From: Malacoraja senta
Taxonomy: Eukaryota
Assembly (NCBI GenBank): GCA_038087875.1
Contig: JAXLNO010000332.1
Span: 1-64,000, forward strand
Reading direction: 5' to 3'
DNA: 64,000 nucleotides
Of the stretch, positions 51,304 to 64,000 are shown one piece after another. Position numbers and translations under genes: made by a program. Numbering within the stretch: position 1 is the first letter of the stretch; every line of letters begins with the position of its first letter. The notes below the pieces were generated by a model. That model had not been told where the DNA came from, did no database searches, and saw nothing but the letters and a program-made list of their open reading frames with translations.

Positions 51304-51515
51304 AGAGAGATAGTGAGAGATAGTGAGAGGGATAGTGAGAGAGATAGTGAGAGAGAGAGAGATAGAGAGATACAGCGATATAGAGAGAGATAGAGAGAGA
51401 CAGAGAGACAGCGAGAGAGACAGAGAGAGAGACAGAGAGAGACAGGCAGAGAGAGAGCGAGAGAGACAGAGAGAGAGAGAGAGAGACAGAGAGAGACAGA
51501 GAGACAGAGAGAGAT
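50107..51515. repeat. 1.4-kb complex (GA/GACA/GATA)n microsatellite
   Basis: Direct inspection. Confidence 0.97.
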
Positions 51516-52050
51516 ACATAGATACATAGAAAATAGGTGCAGGAGTAGGCCATTCGGCCCTTCGAGCCTGCACCGCCATTCAATATGATCATGGCTGATC
51601 ATCCAACTCAGTATCCCGTACCTGCCTTCTCTCCATACCCCCTGATCCCCTTAGCCACAAGGGCCACATCTAACTCCCTCTTAAATATAGCCAATGAACT
51701 GGCCTCAACTACCCTCTGTGCCAGAGAGTTCCAGAGATTCACCACTCTCTGTGTGAAAACGTTTTTCCTCATCTCGGTCTTAAAGGATTTCCCCCATATC
51801 CTTAAGCTGTGACCCCTTTTCCTGGACTTCCCCAACATCGGGAACAATCTTCCTGCATCTAGCCTGTCCAACCCCATAAGAATTTTGTACGTTTCTATAA
51901 GATCCCCTCTCAATCTCCTAAATTCTAGCGAGTATAAGCCAAGTCTATCCAGTCTTTCTTCATATGAAAGTCCTGACATCCCAGGAATCAGTCTGGTGAA
52001 CCTTCTCTGCACTCCCTCTATGGCTATAATGTCCTTCCTCAGATTTGGTT
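51516..52050 (-). mobile_element. CR1 LINE 3' end
   Basis: [29 protein letters not shown]; (TCTATGTA)n tail. Confidence 0.92.
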
Positions 52051-54550
<2,500 letters not shown>

Positions 54551-55364
54551 TTTCTATAAGATCCCCTCTCAATCTCCTAAATTCTAGCGAGTATTAGCCA
54601 AGTCTATCCAGACTTTCTTCATATGAAAGTCCTGACATCCCAGGAATCAGTCTGGTGAACCTTCTCTGCACTCCCTCTATGGCAATAATGTCCTTCCTCA
54701 GATTTGGAGACCAAAACTGTACGCAATACTCCAGGTGTGGTCTCACCAAGACCCTGTACAACTGCAGTAGAACCTCACTGCTCCTATACTCAAATCCTCT
54801 TGCTATGAAGGCCAACATACCATTCGCTTTCTTCACTGCCTGCTGCACCTGCATGCCTACTTTCAATGACTGGTGTACCATGACACCCAGGTCTCGCTGC
54901 ATCTCCCCATTTCCTAATCGGCCACCATTTAGATAATAGTCTGCCTTCCCGTTTTTGCCACCAAAGTGGATAACCTCACATTTATCCACATTATACTGCA
55001 TCTGCCAAACATTTACCCACTCACCCAGCCTATCCAAGTCACCTTGCCGTCTCCTAGCATCCTCCTCACAGCTAACACTGCCCCCCAGCTTAGTGTCATC
55101 CGCAAACTTGGAGATGTTGCTTTCAATTCCCTCATCCAGTTCATTAATATATATTGTAAATAGCTGGCGTCCCAGCACTGAGCCTTGCGGTACCCCACTG
55201 GTCACTGCCTGCCATTGTGAAAAGGACCCGTTTACTCCTACTCTTTGCTTCCTGTTTGCCAGCCAGTTCTCTATCCACATCAATACTGAACCCCCAATAC
55301 CGTGTGATTTAAGTTTGTATACTAATCTCTTATGTGGTACCTTGTCGAAAGCCTTCTGAAAGTC

Positions 55365-55415
<51 letters not shown>

Positions 55416-58400
55416 AGATACAACACACCCACTGGTTCTCCCCTATCCACTCTACTAGTTACATCCTCGAAAAATTCTATAAGATTCGTCAGACACGATT
55501 TACCTTTCGTAAATCCATGCTGACTTTGTCCAATGATTTCACCACTTTCCAAATGTGCTGCTATCCCATCTTTAATAACTGACTCTAGCAGTTTCCCAAC
55601 TACCGATGTTAGACTAACTGGTCTGTAATTCCCCGTTTTCTCTCTCCCTCCCTTCTTAAAAAGTGGGGTTACGTTTGCTACCCTCCGACTTCCGGTGGCG
55701 CCATGTTGGACTAACAGACGTGCACCTAGCTCCGCTCCCGAAAAAATTAACGATTTTTCGTGTAAAACGGGTCCATAAAACGGGAGTGGATTAAAAAACC
55801 TTACCGGAGCTTCTGGTCGCCGCGCTGATGACGTCATCAGTGAGCGCGATATTTTTAACGGTGGTTTAAAGAGACTTTTAAATGAGTAAACTGTCTCCAG
55901 CTAAGAGCCCTCCGAGATCAGTGAAAAAACTGCTGAGAGACCTGAAGAAGCCTGAAGGAAAAGTGACCTCTGAAGCTTCTGAAGTGACTGCAGAAATGGA
56001 TACAAGATCTAAGACTGAGCCTGGTAAGGACAAAGAGTTTGATGATTTGAAATAATCTGTGAAAAATATGAAAGGTGAAATTTTGGAAAAAATTGGAAAG
56101 ATGCTGAAGGATTCGAATGCTGATAACCAGAAGGCTATGAATGCTGGTAACCAGATGTTGATTGATTCACTCGATACTATAAACAAACGAATTGATGATT
56201 TGAAAGATGAACTATCGGGGAGAATGGATAAGATGGATGAAACTTCTACCGACAGGTTCACGGCTGTGCTTGAAACAGTAGCTGCAAGTATGCGCACAAT
56301 TACCGAACTGGAGAAAAATATGGCTCGAGTGATGGAAGATATGGCGAAAATGAGGCAAGAACATGAGCAAATGAAGGTGGAAAACGAGCAAACTTCACTA
56401 CAGATGAAGACTGAACTGTGGAAAGTCTCGGACAAATGCCTGGACCTGGAAGCTCGCTCTAGGCGTCAGAATTTGAGAATTCTTGGAGTCTCAGAGGGAG
56501 TGGAAGGGAAGGACGTTCGGGAGTTCGCCATGGGTCTGCTTAAACAACTGCTTAATCTTCCCAAAGAACCGAAAATTGAAGTGGCCCATCGTGTCCCAAG
56601 ATTTAAACAGAGATCTGAACCTGGAAAAGCCCATCCACGACATATCATAGTGAAATTTCGGGATATTTTAGAACTGGAACAAGTCATGAGCCATATCAAA
56701 TACGGAGAGCAATTACGGATGGAAAATGATATTATTAAGATATTCAGGGACTACCCATATGAAATTGTGCAAAAGAGGAATCAATTCGGGAAGGTTAAGG
56801 AGCTTTTAAGAGGGAAACAAGGTGTCAGATACGGGATTTATTATCCAGCTAAAATGCGTATTTCCTTTGGGGGTTCTGAAAAGTCATTTGTAAAACCTGA
56901 AGATGCGTTCACATATGCCCAAAGTATCATTGAAAAATAGAAAGTTTAACTTTAAAACACTAGAACTCCACGGCTAATGGAGGTTTGGCAGATTAGTTCA
57001 ATCTATGCAGTGTTTTGGTTTGGTGGCTAGACTGTTATCAATGGAATTCTGAACCAAGGACACTCTCAGTTTAAAATGAGAAAACAGTTGAAATGAAGTA
57101 AATACACCAAGAGCACTATTTGTTTAATGGACTACAATATTAAATCCAGTTGTAGGAACTTATCCTATTAATAACTTAATAAGTTATCTATGTTAGATTA
57201 GAATAGCTATGGACGCTAATAAAAATAAAAAATAATAACATACAATATAGAATTAACAATAGTAATATGAATTGCTACGAAATTTAAACCTTATCTATAA
57301 CTGGGAGGAGGGGAAGAGAAACGAGCACCTGGCTTAGGCCAGGGACACGTCTCGTTAACCCCTTCAACCAACAGTTGACCATTATTGAAGTTAATACTAT
57401 CTGTTTAAAAATTATTATCTAAAACTGTGATTTATACATGACATGTTATGATGAAACATAGAGGGTAAAATTGTATTATATATCTTAATGTGTGTCCCAG
57501 TTTTAATATGTTATGATTAATTAAGAGAGCGGCGCTAGTTGCTTAACATCAGCAACGGAAGTCGAAACAAGGTTTTCTCCCACCTACAGGTGGGCCACTA
57601 GTTACAGTGTCGACTATTTTAGACACTGTATTTTCACTTTTTTTTTTTTTTTTTTTAATTATCACTTAAACTCACATGTTTGTTTTTTGTGTTTAGGGAT
57701 AAGCGTAAAAGGGATATACCAACAAAATTTAGAAATTTAAAACTCCCCCCAATACCCAAAGACCTGGGATATGGATGCACCTCAAAATTTAAAGGTACTA
57801 TAATTACTCAAAATACAAGATGCTAAGCAAAAGAGCCTAGGAGGAGTCTCATTCTGCAGTTGGAATATAAGAGGTATTAATGAACCTATTAAAAGGGCTA
57901 AGATACTAGATCAGCTGAAATTGTACAATTCTGACATTATCTTTTTACAAGAAACTCATCTAAAATCCCATGATCAACCTAGGTTGAGGGCGAAATGGAT
58001 AGGTCAAACATACCATTCTTCATTTACCTCGAAATCTAGCGGTACGTCAATTATTATAAGAAAAGGTATACCATTCAAAGCAAAGAATACTATAACAGAC
58101 ATTGAAGGGAGATACTTAATAGTTAATGGAGAATTTCATGATACTCCAATCACTTTGGTAAATATATACGCGCCTAACTTTGACAACCCTCATTTTTAAA
58201 ATAAAATTAGGAATAGAATCGCAGAGTCTAACTATCAAAATGTTATAATAGGAGGAGACTTTAACTGTGTTTTAGATCCGTATTTAGATAAATCAAGCAA
58301 AAAACTGAGAGGGAATACGAAATCTAAATCTGGTGAATTTTTAAATACTTATATAAACACACTAATATAGCAGATGTTTGGAGAATTGCTTATCCAACTG

Positions 58401-61400
58401 GCAGGGAATACTCGTTTTATTCAATGGTACACAAAACATACTCACGTATAGATTATTTCCTGGCGGACACCAAATTAATCCCTCATATTTCTAACCCAAC
58501 ATATCATACAAACTCTATTTCAGATCATTCGCCATTAACTTTTTTTTTTAAACTGGAAGGGATGTCTAAGAATAAATCGTTCTGGAGATTTAAATCTCAT
58601 ATCTTAAAAGATCCACAAGCGAGTATATATTTAAAAGAACAAATGGACGCCTTTTTTGAAATAAATGACACTCCAGACATATCGCCTACTGTATTATGGG
58701 AATCTTTTAAAGCATATATTAGAGGTATTATAATTTCATACCAAGCTTTTCAAAATAAAAAGAATAAGAATGAACAAAAACAACTAGAGGAACTTATTAG
58801 ACAAATGGATATAGATAATGCTAAAGATCCATCAATAGAAAAACATAATAAAATAATAATTCTGAAATTTAAATTAAATAAACTATTATCAGCCAAACTG
58901 ATAAAACTTTTTCAAATTACAAAACAAGAGTACTTTGAATTTGGGGATAAACCCATAAACTTCTGGCCCGCCAGCTAAAAAAACGTGAAAAAGAACATAC
59001 GATCCCAAAGATTAAATCAGATAGAGGGGAGTTACTAACTACACCGAAGGATATTAATAAAAGATTTGCACAATTTTATGAGAATCTGTATACATCTAAA
59101 ACGACAACTGATTCCTATAAAATTACTGAGTTTCTGGATAACTGTAATCTTCCAAAGTTAGAGGTGAAGGAACAAGAGGAATTGGGAGCACAAATTTCAA
59201 TTAAGGAATTAGAAGATACAATAAAATCACAAAATAATGGAAAAACTCCAGGTCCTGATGGATTTACTAATGAATTTTAAAAAGATTTCTATGATAAAAT
59301 TATACCTAGATTACAAAAAATGTACCAACATGCTTTTAAAAGACAAATACTACCTGATACATTAGCTGAATCAACGATTACATTAATACTTAAAAAAAAA
59401 CAAAGATATAGAAGAACCGGGTTCATATAGAGCTATTGCACTGTTAAACACAGTTCAAAAAATATTAGCAAAAACATTAGCTAGAAGATTAAGTAAATAT
59501 ATTAGCAAACTAATAAATCCAGATCAGACGGGGTTTATCCCGAAGAGATACTCAGCTAATAATATGAGACGTTTACTCAAAATAATGCATTCACATAAAT
59601 TTGAAGAACAAGAATTATCAATTATTTCGCTGGACGCTGAAAAAGCATTTGATGAAGTAGAATGGAATTATATGGATAAAGTATTAGAAAAATTCCAATT
59701 GGGAAATAATTTTATTTTATGGATTAAATTACTATATAATAAACCTACAGCTAGAATATTAACTAATAATATATTATCTTCGAAATTTCAACTATCAAGG
59801 GGAAATAGACAAGGGTGCAAATTATCACCACAGTTGTTTGCTCTTATAATTGAACCGTTAGCAGAAAAAATTAGAATACATCCCGATATCCATGGGTATA
59901 ATACTAAATACTCAAATAATAAAATATCTTTATACGCGGATGATATATTACTGTACATTACAAAACCTCAAATCACTATACCAAATATATTAAACTTAAT
60001 TGAAGACTTTGGATCTTTTTCTGGATACAGAATAAACTGGAATAAAAGTGAAATTATGTCAATAAAACCGAAAGACTCAACACATCTTTTAAAATTCCCT
60101 TTTAAAATAGCTACAGAAAAAATTAAATACCTGGGAATCGAAATTATCAGAACATATCAAGGTTTGTTTAAAGCAAATTTTGAGCCTTTACTTAATAAAT
60201 TAAATACATTAATTAAATTTTGGAAAACGCTCCCGATGTCTTTAATAGGCCGAATGAATGCAATAAAAATGATCTTTCTTCCACAAATTTTATACCTATT
60301 TCAATCGATTCCTATATACTTACCAAAGAAGTTTAAAAAAAAACTGGACTCTGACATTACTAATTTTATATGGGACTATAAATCACACAGAATACAAAGA
60401 ACACACCTGAACAAACCCAAAGTACTAGGGGGCTTAGCACTCCCTAATTTCATGTATTATTATTGGTCAGTAAATATTAAAAATATGATTCAACTGATGG
60501 ATAATTCTGCTCAGCAAGTGGATTGGATTGTAATGGAGAGAGAGGACTGCTCCTCTAGAAACATTGGAGCGATCCTCCTCTCACCAACGAAACTTAATAA
60601 CATAAACTATAATAAGAACCCAATCATACATAGTACAATCAGAATTTGGAAACAAATAAAACAAAATTTAAAATTAAGAATTTTTTCACTTTTATCTCCC
60701 ATAGTTAATAACCCTTCGTTTAATCCCTCTACTACAGATAAAGCCTTCATACAATGGGATAGACTAGGAATTAAAACGTTCGGTGACCTGTATGAAACTG
60801 GAAAATTACTATCATTTCAGCAATTACAAATAAAATATAAACTTGGAAATAATCAATATTTTAAATATTTTCAAATATGTGACTATTTGAAAAAAATATA
60901 TAAAAGATCATTATAATAGCCCAGTAGATGTTTTCGATGATGCAATGCACCTAAAAGCTGATTCAGCAAATTCAATATCATATTTGTAAAATATTATTTT
61001 AAATGTAGAAATACCATCCACGGAAGGTATTAGAAGAGAATGGGAACAAGATTTAGCTATTAAAATCTCAAAGGAAAAGTGGAATGAATACTTATTAAAA
61101 GTGCATAAATGTTCGATAAATGTAAGACATAATTTAATACAATTCAAAGTTTTACATAGATTTTACTATTCTAAAACTAAAATCCATAAAATGTTCCCAA
61201 ATATATCATCAAACTGTGATAAATGTCAATCTCAAGAAGCTACTATAGCGCATTCATTTGTCTTTTGTACAAAAATTCAAAAATTTTGGATTGACATTTT
61301 TGAAATCTTTACAAAATTATTTAAAGTAAAACTGATACCCAAAGCAGAATGGATTATCTTCGGAATAACGGAAGATAGTCCAGAACTAGATGTGTTTCAA

Positions 61401-63645
61401 AATAAACTAATAGACTATGGGTTAATAACTGGAAAAAAGTTAATCCTAAAAGTTTGGAAAAATGCTCCAATACCAACTATAAACATGTGGATTTCAAATA
61501 TGTTTGAAACATTACACCTAGAAGAGATAAGACTCCTCCTGGCAGGTAAACCAGACCACTTCCATCTGACGTGGTCGGCATTTATAGAATTATTACAAAT
61601 ATAGGGTGCAAAGGTACTTTAAAAAAACTGAGGTCGGGTAGGGGGGGGATGAAAATTGGAGATTTGGTATGTCCCATTTGCGGATGCTGATAAAAAAGGT
61701 ATTTGTTCTTCTCTTTTTCCTTTCTCTTTTTCTTCTTCTTTTCTAGGGTCTATTTCTTAACTCTTTTTCTTATAGGGTCTTTGTTCTTTCTTGTTGTCAC
61801 GTTTTTTCTTTTGTTTTTTACACTTTCACCTTTTCCTTCACTTTCCTCTTTCTCTTAATCTTATCCTCTCCCTTTATCAATGTAAAAAAAAAAAAAACGG
61901 AGTACATTAATTGTAATAAAATATATGCGACGTACTAATGGATGTGGTTGTAACGTAATGTGCTTCTAATCAATAAAATAATTTAAAAAATAAAAATAAA
62001 AAAAAATTAAAAAAAACGTTTGCTACCCTCCAATCCTCAGGAACTACTCCAAAATCTAAAGAGTTTTGAAAAATTATCACTAATGCATCCACTATTTCTG
62101 GAGCTACTTCCTTAAGTACTCTGGGATGCAGCCTATCTGGCCCTGGTGATTTATCGGCCTTTAATCAATTCAATTTACCCAACACCACTTCCCGACTAAC
62201 CTGGATTTCACTCAGTTCCTCCATCTCCTTTGACCCGCGGCCCCCTGCTATTTCCGGCAGATTATTTATGTCTTCCTTAGTGAAGACGGAACCAAAGTAG
62301 TTATTCAATTGGTCCGCCATATCCTTGTTCCCCATGATCAATTCACCTGTTTCTGACTGCAAGGGACCTACATTTGTTTTAACTAATCTCTTTCTCTTCA
62401 CATATCTATAAAAACTTTTGCAGTCAGTTTTTATGTTCCCTGCCAGTTTCCTTTCATAACCTATATTCCCTTTCCTAATTAAGCCCTTTGTCCTTCTCTG
62501 ATGTCTCTGAATTTCTCCCAGTCCTCTGGTATGCTGCTTTTTATGGCTAATTTGTACGCATCATCTTTTGCTTTGATACTATCGCTGATTTCCCTTGTTA
62601 TCCACGGATGCACTACCTTCCCTGATTTATTCTTTTGCCAAACTGGGATGAACAATTTTTGTAGTTCATCCATGCAGTATTTAAATGCCTTCCATTGCAT
62701 ATCCACCGTCAACCCTTTTAGAACTAATTACCAGTCAATCTTGGCCAATTCACGTCTCATACCCTCAAAGTTACCTTTCTTTAAGTTCAGAACCGTTGTT
62801 TCTGAATTAACTATGTCACTCTCCATCCTAATGAAGAACTCAACCATATTATGGTAACTCTTGCCTAAGGGGGCACGCACAACAAGACTGCTAACTAACC
62901 CTTCCTCATTACTCAATATCCAGTCTAGAATAGCCTGCTCTTTCGTTGGTTCCTCTACATGTTGGTTTAGATAACTATCCCGCATACATTCCAAGAAATG
63001 CTCTTCCTCAGCACCCCTGCCAATTTGATTCACCCAATCTATATGTAGATTGAAGTCACCCATTATAACTGCTTTGCCTTTGTTGCACGCATTTCTAATT
63101 TCATGTTTGATGCCATCCCCAACTTCACTACTACTGCTAGGTGCCCTGTACACAACACCCACAAGCGTTTTCTGCCTCTTAGTGTTTCGCAGCTCTACCC
63201 ATACCGATTCCACATCCTCCAAGCTAATGTCCTTCCTTTCCACTGCGTTAATCTCCTCTCTAACCAGCAACGCTACCCCACCTCCTTTTCCTTTCTCTCT
63301 ATCCCTCCTGAATATTGAATATCCCTGGATGTTCAGCTCCCAGCCTTGGTCACCCTGGAGCCATGTCTCCGTGATCCCAACTATATCATAATCATTAATT
63401 GCTATCTGCACGTTCAATTCATCCACCTTATTACGAATGCTCCTTGCATTGAGACTGCTCACCCATTTAAGAACCCCACCACCTCTTATTGTTTTCTTCT
63501 TTCCCCCCTACATGTTGGGTCTGAGTGCGTTCCTTCTCTGCATCCTGCCTCACACACTGTCTAATAGCATTCTCTATTTGAGTCCCTCCCCCCAACCATT
63601 CTAGTTTAAAGTCTCCCCAGTAGCCTTTGCAGATCTCCCCGCCAG
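54551..63645 (-). mobile_element. CR1 LINE (EN+RT; 54551-55686 and 62016-63645) split by L1-D
   Basis: EN LNARSIRNK..VGITETWL..GDFN (62728-63462); RT 55322-55686 and 54594-55367; colinear across L1-D. Confidence 0.93.
55687..62015 (+). mobile_element. Full-length L1 (L1-D), a second family; ORF1 ~55882-56940, ORF2 ~57813-61604, disrupted
   Basis: 5' GACTTCCGGTGGCGCCATGTTGG; perfect 16-bp TSD ACGTTTGCTACCCTCC at 55671-55686 and 62016-62031; DLEARSRRQNLRILGV; SLYADD. Confidence 0.95.
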
Positions 63646-64000
63646 GAGAGACAGAGACAGAGAGAGACAGAGAGAGACAGAGAGAGAGAGAGACACACAC
63701 ACAGAGAGTGGGAGACAGAGAGACAGAGAGAGAGACAGAGAGAGTCAGAGAGAGGGAGACAGATACAGAGACAGAGAGAGAGACATAGAGAGGGAGAGAG
63801 AGACACACACAGAGAGAGACAGAGAGAAAGAGACAGAATAAGGGAGAGAGAGAGACGGAGAGAGAGAGACAGAGAGAGAGACAGAGAGAGAGAGACAGTG
63901 AGAGGGAGAGACAGAGAGAGACACAGAGAGAGAGAGTGAGAGTGAGAGACAGAGAGAGAGGCAGAGAGAGAGAGAGGCAGAGAGAGAGACAGAGTGAGAG
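63646..64000. repeat. (GA/GACA)n microsatellite
   Basis: Direct inspection. Confidence 0.97.

Overview
This is vertebrate genomic DNA, most likely a cartilaginous fish (skate/ray/shark), inferred from HE1-like V-SINEs, HER1/CR1-type LINE tails and abundant Penelope hammerhead-type repeats. Most of the window is transposon-derived. It holds many decayed CR1 LINEs, three Rex1/Babar LINEs and four L1-clade LINEs with clear target-site duplications (three full length, one nested and 5'-truncated). It also holds a composite non-autonomous Helitron, an AT-TSD foldback DNA transposon with a THAP exon in each arm (ISL2EU/Harbinger-like), ERV RNase H, L2 and Penelope fragments, and long CT/GA microsatellites. 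The host content is three paralogous, KRAB-less C2H2 zinc-finger genes (A: minus, split by L1; B: plus; C: minus). Each lies in a segmentally duplicated cassette, each is disrupted, and they share conserved N- and C-terminal finger blocks around a central block that varies in finger number and recognition helix. I found no intact host CDS, no rRNA or tRNA genes and no CRISPR. Coordinates were read by eye. TSD-defined ends should be accurate to a few bp; other ends are approximate.
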